A DNA stretch of 39,515 nt. It comes from a virus. Lineage: Duplodnaviria > Caudoviricetes. The stretch spans positions 1-39,515 of IMG/VR virus record IMGVR_UViG_3300022666_000336. One strand, written 5' to 3'. The position numbers and the translations under genes are program-made. How positions within the stretch are numbered: the first letter of the stretch is position 1; the number at the start of each line of letters is the position of its first letter. Of the stretch, positions 18,253 through 27,867 are shown piece after piece. Under the pieces are notes generated by a model. It was not told the DNA's origin and searched no databases. It was given only the letters and a program-made list of their open reading frames with translations.

Positions 18253-19245
18253 TTATATCCCATCCGCATACTGAATTGTCTCGGGATAGACAACTTCGAC
18301 GCAGCCCAAACGTCCAAAGTAGGTCGTAAGCTGGTGAATGCCACGATATTCAAGCGGCGTTCTCTGCAATGGGACCATGGGATATCTCACCCGCTTCTTG
18401 TCTTTGGTGTAGGCGACCATGCGGTCCGTGGTGTTCACGCCTGCCTGGTAGAGCCACTTCACCGGATAGATTTCAAGCTTCTTGCCGTTGACGCGCAGGG
18501 AGATTGAATTGTCTTCCAGGAAGGTCATGATCGACACATTGCCCGCGGTGCTGATTTTCTGCGATGCAATGTATGCGTACTGGGTCGGAGGCAGAAGCAA
18601 GCGGTCAGGGCATACTGCATAACCGGAGGCTTTCCACGCCGCAGAAATCAATGCGTTTACGTCGGCAAGGATTTCATCAGGAGTCTTCAACGTCCATGCA
18701 AGCGCTGACGCACCGGCAGAACCAGCGGCCACGTTGCCATAGGTAACGCCGGAGGCATTGATAAGGCCGGTCTTTCCAAGTTCGGTGTCTCCCTTGTAGA
18801 CCATCTCGTCAATGTCCATCTGGTGTTTAAGTTTGAGTCCTTCAAACTTCTGTTGGTCAATCGGACGGCCAAGCCTGATAGCGCTTTCGAGCTCAGGAAT
18901 GGTGTAGGAAAGTTGCATGCCCCACAGGAACAAGGGCTGCGGCGTTTTGCCGATGTCGAGCTGGATACCGGCAATCGCGTTTGCGTCTTTTCCAATCCAC
19001 GCCTTGCCGTTCGGGCTCGTTCCGCCTACTGCAGCAAATGCTGAGTTCGTGAAACTCGATGATTCGTCAGCGATCGATACGTCTTCCCGAAGGTCAATGT
19101 CGCGGCTCCAGGATACTGATGCCAGGGGAGCATGGAGTTCCTGATCCATTCTCTCCAGCTCGCCGACCAGAAATGCTCCGGTGCTGTCGATGGTCTGCCT
19201 GTCGAAGGTCATTAAACCATCTTTTGTGAAATACGGTCTTTTCAT
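18253..19245 (-). CDS. Major capsid protein (DUF2184-like, HK97 fold)
   Basis: GAFLVGELERMD, YTIPELE, TPDEILADVN, DRMVAY motifs; 330 aa. Confidence 0.92.
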   Translation of the reverse strand: MKRPYFTKDGLMTFDRQTIDSTGAFLVGELERMDQELHAPLASVSWSRDIDLREDVSIADESSSFTNSAFAAVGGTSPNGKAWIGKDANAIAGIQLDIGKTPQPLFLWGMQLSYTIPELESAIRLGRPIDQQKFEGLKLKHQMDIDEMVYKGDTELGKTGLINASGVTYGNVAAGSAGASALAWTLKTPDEILADVNALISAAWKASGYAVCPDRLLLPPTQYAYIASQKISTAGNVSIMTFLEDNSISLRVNGKKLEIYPVKWLYQAGVNTTDRMVAYTKDKKRVRYPMVPLQRTPLEYRGIHQLTTYFGRLGCVEVVYPETIQYADGI

Positions 19246-19263
19246 TTCGTCTGTTCCTCCTTC

Positions 19264-19761
19264 TTACAGGTTATAGGCTATTTCAACATAGCCGTTCGCA
19301 TCGGCAGCGCCCATGAAGAAACAATTGGAAACCGCCACGCATTTTGCAGAATCTGCAGCCTCTTCGATGTCGCCGACTGCTTTGGAGCCGTCAGCAGTTA
19401 CACGCACATAAACCTGTCCGTCTTTCGCTGCAGTCGTTCCCTTAAACAATACCGTCAGGTATCCGCGCTTCATAATGTCGCACGGACGGGTTTTGTCCGG
19501 AGTCCCGGCGCCGAGAGCTTCATTAACGGAAGGTTCCTGGAACGGGAAGGGCTTCACCAGAAGTCCCTTTACCACGGTTGCAAGATCACCTGATGCAATT
19601 GGCTGCACCTTGCCAGACACGGTTTTAATGAATACTCCAAACGCAGTTACCGGCGTGTCTTGATCCATAATCCCCGGCTCAATCGTTGACTGCTCTGGCC
19701 TGCTTACTACGCCCGGAAAGCCAACGGGCATTCTTGTTAAATACGCATTGGTAATAGTCAT
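19264..19761 (-). CDS. Head decoration/cement protein
   Basis: RMPVGFPG, MKRGY, GQVYVR, VEIAYNL motifs; immediately before capsid gene. Confidence 0.8.
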   Translation of the reverse strand: MTITNAYLTRMPVGFPGVVSRPEQSTIEPGIMDQDTPVTAFGVFIKTVSGKVQPIASGDLATVVKGLLVKPFPFQEPSVNEALGAGTPDKTRPCDIMKRGYLTVLFKGTTAAKDGQVYVRVTADGSKAVGDIEEAADSAKCVAVSNCFFMGAADANGYVEIAYNL

Positions 19762-19763
19762 TG

Positions 19764-21047
19764 TTATTTACCTCCTTTGTTGCGGCCATCCCAAAATGAC
19801 CGGTTCTGTTCGTTTATTGTTGACGGAGTAACAGCCTTCCCAAAATCCTGAGCGGAAAGCTTTGCCCGGTCCTTCGATGCCCCTGCCTTTTTCAATACCT
19901 CTGACGCTCCGATAAACGCCACATCAATGGCCGAGCAATCTGCCGTGAAGAAGTCAGCAGGCGGAAGCTTCCAAAACGGCTCAATAGCCGCCTTGCCGTC
20001 CTTGGTGTTAAATGCCGCATCCAGTGACCTGCGCTTGATCCTGCAGCACTCCTGATCGAATGCTTTCTTGGTGTACTTCTTCACTTCGTCCATGGTCGGC
20101 CTGGAAAGCTCGGGAGCGAGAATCGAGGACCTATAAAGGACTTCCTGCATCACCGGGGCGGCGTCCTTTGACTGGCCGTAGCAATCCTCGGCCTTTTTCT
20201 TCTTCTCTTTCTCCTCCTCGGATTCCTCGTCTTCAGCTTCTCCCTCTTTTTTCTCTTTTTCTTTTGCTTCTTCTGATTCTTCGTCCTTGCCTTTTTTATC
20301 CATGCTGGCATGGACTTCCTTGTCGGACTTCACCAGCTCGGCAAGAATATTTTCAATCTTGTCCAACCGGGCAAGTACCGCTGATTCCTCGTCCTTGGTT
20401 TCTTTTTTATCCTTATCGTCAGCCATGGGCTCGGCGTCTTTTATAAGTTTTGAAAGAGCTCCAAGGAATTCTTTAAACTTGCTCATTGTTTTTCCTCCTT
20501 CTTTCGATTTCTCTGATTTATGGTCATGAATGGCGCAGAGTGCTCCGCATCGACCTTTTTCGACAAGAGCAATATGATTACCCCGGATGTTGTGCTGCTT
20601 ACCGCGGCCTGGGCTCGTCTCTTCATATTCAGCATCGTACCCGCAGGATATTTCGCGGATATCGTCATTCATGACGCTTTTGATCGTTTCTTGCTCCATG
20701 ATAAGCAGATCGGCATAGAGCGCGTCGTTTTCCAGCCCTTCACCCCGCATGACATTCTGGGCGTGTCCACGGGTCAGGATCTGCCAATTCTCTGGGCTGA
20801 CCGCATCTTCCGGGTGGTGCATGGTGATCGGTTTCCCCTCGAACGAGGCAATTGCTTCCGGATGAAATACTTCTTCAGGATCCCGGGTAATAACGATGAC
20901 GCCATCCGAGCCGGGAGTGATCGGAACTTCGCCTTCGTAGTAAATCTGTTCTCCGGTTCTGGCAATCGGCACATGCCGGCAGACCAGAAAACCTTCCGGG
21001 GTAAGCGATTTGTTCTTGCTTATGTCAATCTTGGTGTGAAACAGCAT
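19764..21047 (-). CDS. Prohead protease/scaffold (DUF2213-like)
   Basis: TPEGFL, PIARTG, SFEGKPIT..HP, EISCGYDA, NHIALVEKGRCG; charged C-terminal scaffold. Confidence 0.9.
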   Translation of the reverse strand: MLFHTKIDISKNKSLTPEGFLVCRHVPIARTGEQIYYEGEVPITPGSDGVIVITRDPEEVFHPEAIASFEGKPITMHHPEDAVSPENWQILTRGHAQNVMRGEGLENDALYADLLIMEQETIKSVMNDDIREISCGYDAEYEETSPGRGKQHNIRGNHIALVEKGRCGALCAIHDHKSEKSKEGGKTMSKFKEFLGALSKLIKDAEPMADDKDKKETKDEESAVLARLDKIENILAELVKSDKEVHASMDKKGKDEESEEAKEKEKKEGEAEDEESEEEKEKKKKAEDCYGQSKDAAPVMQEVLYRSSILAPELSRPTMDEVKKYTKKAFDQECCRIKRRSLDAAFNTKDGKAAIEPFWKLPPADFFTADCSAIDVAFIGASEVLKKAGASKDRAKLSAQDFGKAVTPSTINEQNRSFWDGRNKGGK

Positions 21048-21056
21048 GCGAGCCTC

Positions 21057-21518
21057 TTATTGCTTGACGTAGGTAATAATTCCATTCGCTGCCGTAGTCC
21101 CCGCAGACATCACTGCGCAGATATCTCCAGCGGAAACGCTTTTTACCACCGTTCCGCCATAACCCAGATTCACCCATGTTCCGGTAAGCGGTTTCATGAC
21201 TCCGGTCAGGCTCGTTACTCCCGTTGCGCAAAGCGTCCCGGTGCCGGTTACCAGCGTAAAATCAGGAGTTGTCCCGGACAGCACAGCGCTCACACTGCAA
21301 ACGTAAATTGATTTTGCCGCGGTTAATCCGACAAGACTCGTGGTCCCGGTTGCCGCCGATATCACCGCGCTGGACTTCGCCACGCTCGGGTTTGCGCACG
21401 GATCCGCGCTGACGGGATAGAGCACATATGTGTCAGACGGTCCTGCCGTCGCCATTGCGCCAACAACCAACAACATCACAACCAACAAAAAAACACTTAA
21501 ACCTTTTAACAGTTCCAT
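21057..21518 (-). CDS. Signal-peptide-bearing beta-rich protein in the head cluster
   Basis: MELLKGLSVFLLVVMLLVVGAMA leader; Thr/Gly/Ser-rich body with 4 Cys; GGAGG RBS. Confidence 0.65.
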   Translation of the reverse strand: MELLKGLSVFLLVVMLLVVGAMATAGPSDTYVLYPVSADPCANPSVAKSSAVISAATGTTSLVGLTAAKSIYVCSVSAVLSGTTPDFTLVTGTGTLCATGVTSLTGVMKPLTGTWVNLGYGGTVVKSVSAGDICAVMSAGTTAANGIITYVKQ

Positions 21519-21541
21519 AGATACATCCTCCTTATTCTGAT

Positions 21542-22408
21542 TTATGCAGCCATTCTCATAGTTATTGATTCGAATTGAACGCGGGTCATCATCCTGATAA
21601 CTCCGCCGTAATACACCTGTGCAGGCCAGCGAATCTGTCCCAAATCAAGCAACGGCTCCGGATAGCAACGGCAATTAAAAATTTCTCCGGCGTGATAGTT
21701 GCCGCTCGACCGTTTCTCACCGGCAAGACGTTCTGGATTCGGGGCTTCATTCCAGGACACCAGCACGCGGTCCATATGCTGATGCGCATTTCGCACCCGG
21801 GCGTCCTTGCTCGTTCTCCAGACATACCAGCTGATACCGATATCCTCGGACCGTGCTTTGTTGAGGGCTGTGCTGGCCTTGCTCGTCTCAGTTCTCGCAA
21901 TGAGCACGATCCTTGTTCGGGAAAGATGGCGTGCTTCTGCCGGTATAATTTCCGCAATCTCCTGGGCCCTCATGCCCTCCATTGACCGCGCGGCAATAAA
22001 CGCGTTCACGTCACTGGCAATCTTTGACGGCAGACTTTTGATCAGCCCGGCGTTCCGCTGAATCAGTGCGCTTACTTCCCTGCCTACCGGTCCGGAGAGC
22101 TCCCGCAGCAAGGACCGGCGAATCATCTGACTCTGCATGCCCTCCGATGCCGCCTGTCGCCACGTACGCGCCTGTGCTGCATAGATGCCGGTCACCATTA
22201 TGGTTGCATATTCGTTGGCGTACTGTTCGAATAACAGCCGCTGCTCTGCGGTGAGAAATTCTGACAACGGATCAGACATTGACGTGCTTGCGCTCCTGAC
22301 ATGGCGCTGATACTGGTTTCCTATAAAAAGCGAATCCATCAGCTCTTCCAGTTCGCTGATGTAATCAACTTCAATGCGCTTTCTTATTTTCCATCGGTCC
22401 TTGTTCAT
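21542..22408 (-). CDS. Minor head morphogenesis protein (Mu gpF / SPP1 gp7 family)
   Basis: LIARTETSK, YVWRTSKDARVR..H, GEIFNCRC motifs. Confidence 0.92.
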   Translation of the reverse strand: MNKDRWKIRKRIEVDYISELEELMDSLFIGNQYQRHVRSASTSMSDPLSEFLTAEQRLLFEQYANEYATIMVTGIYAAQARTWRQAASEGMQSQMIRRSLLRELSGPVGREVSALIQRNAGLIKSLPSKIASDVNAFIAARSMEGMRAQEIAEIIPAEARHLSRTRIVLIARTETSKASTALNKARSEDIGISWYVWRTSKDARVRNAHQHMDRVLVSWNEAPNPERLAGEKRSSGNYHAGEIFNCRCYPEPLLDLGQIRWPAQVYYGGVIRMMTRVQFESITMRMAA

Positions 22409-23922
22409 TCTGACTTGCTTTCTTTATCCTGTTTATCTTCGGGCGGAGTTTCTTTGCCTTCTTTCTTGTCCGGCTCGAATTCTCCAGCGCCGAACGGAAG
22501 CACTGGTTCGTTCTCTGCGGCGTTTATGTCCTCTTCCGTGATGTTGGTAAATCTGCCGGTTACGCGGGATCCCTGCTTCAATTCAGCAAGAGCATGCTTT
22601 CTGGTTATTACGCCCGAGTTATACAGTTCTCGTATTGACGTAGAATCAGCAGCCGAAATTTCTGACTTCTCTTTGTCCGTCATTATCCACAGGGGACGGA
22701 ATGCAATGGTGGTGCTCGGCGGGAGTTCTTGCGAAAGCTCAGACATTGCCAGCACCTTCAGGATCGTGAATAATGGCTCTTTCAGCTGCGATTCCTGGTC
22801 TTTTGCCACGCCGTCGTAATAGGTCCGCAGGTCTGATTCCCCCGTGCTGTTTAATCCTGACGGACTCTGGCCGAAGAGACGGACCAGCGGGATCCCCGTT
22901 GCGCCGGAAAGCTGCTGACCAAACTGCAATAGAATTCCATCGAGGCCTGAAAACGTGTATTGATGTGTTGAGAATGTGTCCTTCGAATCAAGCAGTGTTA
23001 TGCCTTCGTTGCTCTGCATCCGCCTGATATACTGGAATTGCTTAATCAGGGCCTGTTCCATTATCCCGCCAGCTGCGAGTATTTCTCGCAGTCCTTCAAC
23101 CTGAACCGTTCGCAGGTGAGACTTAGAGACGAGTTGGGCGGCGCCTTCGGTTGTGGAGTCAAACGCAAGCAGTCTGTCCCATAGGCGCTCAATCACGGAT
23201 TCTGACCACAGATTTTCCGCAACCTTCCAGAGATACGGCAGCTCTATACCATCGAACCGGAAAAGCCGGGTGTGGTGCACTTTCTGCTGGGGAAGATACG
23301 CGGACGATGGCAGGACGTTGTAATATTTTGGAAGACCGAAGTCGGGCCCGAAGTCTTGCACCAAATCGCTCAGAGACGGATCCAAAAGCCACCGGTCAAG
23401 CACAAGCAGGCCCCTGAATGAACCCTTGCCAACGGTGTCGATATCAAGCGGCGTGTCCATCTTCTGTCCGTCGATCAGCATGATGGCAACGGCACCGCCA
23501 TACAGCCTCCCCCACTTGATTACATTGGTCAGGTTCTTCCAGATATTGAGCCGCGTCATTGCCTGCTGCATTTTGTCAATCTGATCTGGTTTCAGATCGT
23601 TGTTAATGTCAATGCCAGACCGGATCATGTCTTCCGCTTTAACATCCACTACCTGCCCGACAACCCACGATGTGCGATATGCGGCCTCCAGCATGACCCG
23701 CTGTCGGGTAATGAATCCGCCGAAGTCATAGCGCCCGCCGGACGCCAGATTGTCAGCCCCGATACCGAGGTTGGCCAGCAAATTTTGATAGCCGTCCGTG
23801 GTGATGTTCTTCTTGTCCGCTACTGCCATCTTTTTCTTTTCACGCGCAATTTGACGCATGGCAGAGGGACGGGCAGATTTTTCCAGATCGGCAAATGTAA
23901 TTTGTGTCTGTTCGTTGCTCAC
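22405..23922 (-). CDS. Portal protein (DUF1073-like)
   Basis: After terL; RLYGGA, IPLVRLFGQSPSGLNSTGESD..YYD and FRPLW motifs. Confidence 0.9.
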   Translation of the reverse strand: MSNEQTQITFADLEKSARPSAMRQIAREKKKMAVADKKNITTDGYQNLLANLGIGADNLASGGRYDFGGFITRQRVMLEAAYRTSWVVGQVVDVKAEDMIRSGIDINNDLKPDQIDKMQQAMTRLNIWKNLTNVIKWGRLYGGAVAIMLIDGQKMDTPLDIDTVGKGSFRGLLVLDRWLLDPSLSDLVQDFGPDFGLPKYYNVLPSSAYLPQQKVHHTRLFRFDGIELPYLWKVAENLWSESVIERLWDRLLAFDSTTEGAAQLVSKSHLRTVQVEGLREILAAGGIMEQALIKQFQYIRRMQSNEGITLLDSKDTFSTHQYTFSGLDGILLQFGQQLSGATGIPLVRLFGQSPSGLNSTGESDLRTYYDGVAKDQESQLKEPLFTILKVLAMSELSQELPPSTTIAFRPLWIMTDKEKSEISAADSTSIRELYNSGVITRKHALAELKQGSRVTGRFTNITEEDINAAENEPVLPFGAGEFEPDKKEGKETPPEDKQDKESKSE

Positions 23923-25148
23923 TATGAATTCACCGCCTTCAGCAAGCTTGCGCCGGCGCCGCGACGCTGGATGTATTTATCCAGCCCGTAACGCCAGGTA
24001 TCAACGTGGTGGTTGTGCTTGTCTATGATGACCGGCAACACTTCCCGGGTCACCGGATCAACTTTGTAGCAGTACAGCCTCGATTCCTTGTATGCCTCTT
24101 TGCAGCGCTCATGAATGACTATTTCCTTAAATGCGTTCAGGTGCGCTATGCCGTCTTCCACAGAGCCCGGCCACTTCTCCGCTGCGGATATGTTGAATCC
24201 CTTTCCACGCAGATAGCTGATTGTTTCCGGCCTTGCAGAATCTGCCTTGATCGGCCAGTCTCGGGATCCGGGGACTGAATCGTACAACTGCGGCAGCTCG
24301 TCCAGCTCAACCCGGTGCCCATGAGCCGCGTACTCAATCCACAGACGGTCATCGTGAATATAAAAACGGTCCAGCGTGTTCGGATCAGACGCATAGCCGA
24401 AGTCAGCACCAAAAAAGAGTCGCGTTCCGGCAGGCGCTTCAAAATTGTCAATCCGCACCCGTTTTAAAATATTCGCATCGGTAATCTTTCTGCAGCGCCC
24501 TTCCCATATCCAGTCATAAGCATCGGGATCAGTGGCCCGGCAATGTTCCATCTCTTTGCGCAATACTTCAGGAAAAAAAGGATTATCCCGGAAGCTCATC
24601 TCAACAAGAATAGAATCGGGCGGTGGATTCAGTATAAATTGCCAGGTAGGATCTGATTCAAGGTCAGGATTGAACGTAACCCAGATTTCTGAGCCTTCCT
24701 TGCGTATGGTCGGGATAAGGACTTCCCACGAATCCTTGCTGACTTTCTCCGCCTCTTCCACCCAGCAGATGTCAATGCCTTCCATGGACTTTATGGCAGT
24801 GGTATTGGTCTTGATTCCGGCAAAGATGAATTCAGAACCATTGAGCGCCTGAATTGAGTGGTTGGTAATATAAAAATACGGCGTGAGGCCCAGCACGTCG
24901 ATCTGCTCAACGAGCAAGCGATGCACAGATTCCTTGATTGACTTCTGGTATTCGCGGGTACACAGAACCCGCAGCGTGCCCTGCAGGCACTTTATGATAA
25001 GGGCCCGGGCAGCTCCCCAGGATCCTCCCTTACCCCGGCCGCCATAAACAAACTTGTACCGTGACGGTTGGAAGAGCACCCCCAGCTTTTCAGGAATGTC
25101 AGCGTTGATGTCAACGCTATTTTGCTGTTCCATTTCCAGGACTGACAA
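23922..25148 (-). CDS. terL: Terminase large subunit (PBSX-like)
   Basis: YGGRGKGGS Walker A variant, CWVEEA Walker B, TFNP, GADFG and HHVDTWRYG nuclease motifs. Confidence 0.95.
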   Translation of the reverse strand: MSVLEMEQQNSVDINADIPEKLGVLFQPSRYKFVYGGRGKGGSWGAARALIIKCLQGTLRVLCTREYQKSIKESVHRLLVEQIDVLGLTPYFYITNHSIQALNGSEFIFAGIKTNTTAIKSMEGIDICWVEEAEKVSKDSWEVLIPTIRKEGSEIWVTFNPDLESDPTWQFILNPPPDSILVEMSFRDNPFFPEVLRKEMEHCRATDPDAYDWIWEGRCRKITDANILKRVRIDNFEAPAGTRLFFGADFGYASDPNTLDRFYIHDDRLWIEYAAHGHRVELDELPQLYDSVPGSRDWPIKADSARPETISYLRGKGFNISAAEKWPGSVEDGIAHLNAFKEIVIHERCKEAYKESRLYCYKVDPVTREVLPVIIDKHNHHVDTWRYGLDKYIQRRGAGASLLKAVNS

Positions 25149-25698
25149 GATTCACCCTCACGTTGAACTGAACCGGTCCGCCGTTCGGCCCGGAGTGTTC
25201 CAGCTTGTCCTTGAAAATCCCGTGATACTTGCCCAGAAGCTCGGCTGCCTTCACAGGGTCATGCAGCTCCACTTCGGTCTTGCATTCTGTCCAGTCGCCT
25301 TTTTGCGATGTCTTTTCTGTTACCTTTACTCTTTTAACCAGCTTAGAAGTTGACTCATCAATCTCTTCGGAGGACGCAGTAAACACGAGTCCGTCTTTTT
25401 TCCAGCTCACAACATCCTTAACATTTCCGCGCATAACGCTAGTAAGAAATTTCAATATTTCACTAATGCTTGCTGTATCGTTTTGGGTAAGTTGTTCAGA
25501 AACTTCAGCAATAGCCTTTTGAATCTCAACTTTTTTCAACAGCCTCTGGCCTTGCGAATATGCGGTTTTTGTTGAATATCCTGCTCTTATTGCAGATTGT
25601 GTTGCATTGAAGTCTTTGTGGTATTCGAGGACAAATTTCTTTTTTTTCGCGGAAAGAGTTTGAAATGTCGTACATTTGTTTAAATTTATTTCTGCCAT
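25117..25698 (-). CDS. terS: Terminase small subunit
   Basis: FVLEY..DFNATQSAIRAGYS..TA...G.RLL and KAAELLGKY motifs. Confidence 0.95.
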   Translation of the reverse strand: MAEINLNKCTTFQTLSAKKKKFVLEYHKDFNATQSAIRAGYSTKTAYSQGQRLLKKVEIQKAIAEVSEQLTQNDTASISEILKFLTSVMRGNVKDVVSWKKDGLVFTASSEEIDESTSKLVKRVKVTEKTSQKGDWTECKTEVELHDPVKAAELLGKYHGIFKDKLEHSGPNGGPVQFNVRVNLVSPGNGTAK

Positions 25699-25738
25699 TT
25701 GCCTTGAATTATTTCAGATATTTATCATTTACAACAGG

Positions 25739-25782
25739 GGGACAATGTGGGGATAATCTAGGGATAATCGGGGGATAATCAG
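25739..25782. repeat. Four 11-bp direct repeats (core GGGATAATC) upstream of terS; probable late-activator or packaging site
   Basis: GGGACAATGTG, GGGATAATCTA, GGGATAATCGG, GGGATAATCAG in tandem. Confidence 0.85.
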
Positions 25783-25961
25783 TTTTTCAACCGCAACATA
25801 TACTCATCCCATCCCTGCTTATTAAGAACGGGCCTGTTTCCATCATACGAAAGAAGCTTGAGGCGTTTCAGTTTTCCCCTGAGATAAGGCCAAGAAGAAA
25901 GTTCATACTCACAGTATGTGCATATAGCAATCTGACCTTTCGCCCAAGCTTTATCTGCCAT
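25779..25961 (-). CDS. Small putative winged-helix regulator (possible late activator)
   Basis: 60 aa; KGQIAICTY...GNRPVL...WDEY pattern loosely Xis/MerR-like; last gene before the late operon. Confidence 0.45.
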   Translation of the reverse strand: MADKAWAKGQIAICTYCEYELSSWPYLRGKLKRLKLLSYDGNRPVLNKQGWDEYMLRLKN

Positions 25962-26154
25962 GGTATTCTCCGGTCTTCGGCACCATGCAGCATCGGCAGA
26001 GAATCACCGTGCTTCCTGATTTGTCAGATGGCTTGAACGTTCCAATCCTGCCGGTCCCGTGGCATTTTTTGCAGGAGTCTTTCGCATAAAGCCTCTTTGT
26101 CTCTCCTGACTTCTTGTCTTTCATTTCGAATTCAGTCATTGAATATTTTTGCAT
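25951..26154 (-). CDS. Small zinc-finger protein
   Basis: CKKCHGTG and CRC motifs; GAGG RBS. Confidence 0.65.
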   Translation of the reverse strand: MQKYSMTEFEMKDKKSGETKRLYAKDSCKKCHGTGRIGTFKPSDKSGSTVILCRCCMVPKTGEYHGR

Positions 26155-26282
26155 GAACAGTCCTCAATTCAGATTGATTGGTATGTGCCACATGCGAATC
26201 GGATAGACCTTTCCGGCCATTATTAAATAATCAATATGCACTCCAATAAATTCAAAGTTTGGTTTCATTTTATCGAACACTT

Positions 26283-26311
26283 AAAACTGGGGCGGCCTGC
26301 AAAACCGCCCC
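26283..26311 (-). terminator. Putative intrinsic terminator after the replication genes
   Basis: Minus strand GGGGCGG-ttttgcagg-CCGCCCC followed by AGTTTT. Confidence 0.5.
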
Positions 26312-26333
26312 GTCACCCGCTGCATTCCTTTCG

Positions 26334-27047
26334 TCAGAGATTGCCAGTCTTCGACTGGGTGTTTGAAAGTCTTTTGTCTGCTCCTGACAGTTCCAATGGT
26401 TTGCACAAGCCGATTATTCGTGACGCTATTCTGTCGCTCAGTTTCTCTGCGATTGCGTCGAGTGGAAGATTACTCGTGACTATCATTGGTTTTTTTTCCC
26501 TGCTTCTAATGTCGACAATCGTGTAAAGTGTTTGCAGGGTCCATTCTGTTACTTTTTCTGCTCCAATGTCGTCAATCACCAGCAGCGCGGATCCAGAAAC
26601 TCGTTCTATAATGTCTCCTTCTGTTTCAATGGAATCAGGAGAGAATGATGACTTTATTCTGTTGAGCAATGTTGTCACCGGTATAAACCGCGCATCGTAA
26701 ATACCCCGCACGCAATCACCTATCAGGTAGGCGTTCATGGAATTTTTTATTATCCTGTCTGCCATAATTGATATGGCAAGATGTGTTTTACCAACGCCTA
26801 CTGGACCGTATATGAAATAACCACTTTCAGAATCAATTTTAGATTCTATGGTTACGGGGAAATCTGACAATCTGCTTTGGAGGTATGCTTGAGGCACTCC
26901 GCGTGTTTTTAAAATTTTAAGGATATTTGCATTTACGTCGTAGTCTTCTGCTTCATAGCTCGACCTTTGATCCAACACCGGAGTACTTACCTGGTTGCGA
27001 TGCTGGATGAGGCTGTCTATCTGATTTTTTATTTGCTCCATTTCCAT
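26334..27047 (-). CDS. DnaC/IstB-like helicase loader ATPase
   Basis: GPVGVGKTHLA Walker A, LLVIDDIGAE Walker B, IVTSN, DRIASRI. Confidence 0.92.
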   Translation of the reverse strand: MEMEQIKNQIDSLIQHRNQVSTPVLDQRSSYEAEDYDVNANILKILKTRGVPQAYLQSRLSDFPVTIESKIDSESGYFIYGPVGVGKTHLAISIMADRIIKNSMNAYLIGDCVRGIYDARFIPVTTLLNRIKSSFSPDSIETEGDIIERVSGSALLVIDDIGAEKVTEWTLQTLYTIVDIRSREKKPMIVTSNLPLDAIAEKLSDRIASRIIGLCKPLELSGADKRLSNTQSKTGNL

Positions 27048-27735
27048 TACCTCCGTTGTTGGTTTTCTCCCATGTTCTGATCATCGCCTTCCAGTCTTTT
27101 GCCGGAGACTTGTTTTTCCCTATCACCCAACCCTTTGCCGTATTGCTGTCGACAAAGTACTGAGGGTCTATACCGTTTTTCCGTTCATCGCAGTACGAAC
27201 GCACCTCATCGACCGTGGGCGGAATAAACGGTGCCTTATATATTCTTTTGTTTACTCTAGTTTCATCTAGTCTAGTTTTAGATTTTCCGTCAAGCGAAAC
27301 TCTTTCACTTGTGCGTTTCTTACGCTGGAAACCATCATCAGAGTGTGGTTTCTGATGTTGTATTTCTGGTTTATCGGGAACCTCCACAACGCGGTTTCTA
27401 TAGGCATCTCGTATCCCGTCTACGTAATTTTGGGACCACACAAGGCGACTATTTTTCCATAATTCTGGGTCTATGGCATCTAGGTCAGACAGAAGATCGA
27501 GAATTTCATTTGCTATCTGTTCGCTCACTCTGGCTTTGGCACACATGAAGTACCAGTTATCTTTGTTGTTCATATCAAGGCAATGTCCGTCTGTCGATCC
27601 AAGAGTTTCAAGCAGCTTGAACCAAAACGAGTATCCGTCATTGCCATATTTTTGTTCGAGAATGAAAAGTGTCTTGCCGATGTGGCTGCATTGATGCGGG
27701 AAATAATCAACCGTTTGTTTTTGTGGACGCGCCAT
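26953..27735 (-). CDS. Phage replication initiator (DUF4373-like)
   Basis: MARPQK..VDYFPH, YG.DGY..W.KLLE; C-terminal FIPPTVDEV..YC and KDWKA..RTWE; upstream of loader. Confidence 0.85.
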   Translation of the reverse strand: MARPQKQTVDYFPHQCSHIGKTLFILEQKYGNDGYSFWFKLLETLGSTDGHCLDMNNKDNWYFMCAKARVSEQIANEILDLLSDLDAIDPELWKNSRLVWSQNYVDGIRDAYRNRVVEVPDKPEIQHQKPHSDDGFQRKKRTSERVSLDGKSKTRLDETRVNKRIYKAPFIPPTVDEVRSYCDERKNGIDPQYFVDSNTAKGWVIGKNKSPAKDWKAMIRTWEKTNNGGNGNGANKKSDRQPHPASQPGKYSGVGSKVEL

Positions 27736-27867
27736 TTAACCTCCAATACGACGCCGCAAGCAGCTTAATGCGATTCTCTGGTTTCATTTTTTCATTTCCG
27801 AATAAATATTTATCTATTTTTCCGTGCTGTACTCTTTGATATATTTCCTCGAAAGGTTCCATGTTTT

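Noticed and set aside
20520-21311. 263 aa plus-strand ORF and similar antisense ORFs (e.g. 35925..36599)
   Set aside because: Shadow frames of well-supported genes, with no recognisable motifs
22405-23922. Anti-CBASS Acb1 label sometimes attached to DUF1073 proteins
   Set aside because: Position and motifs indicate portal; no 2H phosphoesterase domain recognised
26164-26268. 34 aa minus-strand ORF (also 27707..27862 and 32614..32700)
   Set aside because: Short, no motif and little supporting evidence; cannot be supported as genes
26334-27047. IS21 IstB transposition helper
   Set aside because: No IstA or terminal repeats; coupled to a replication initiator
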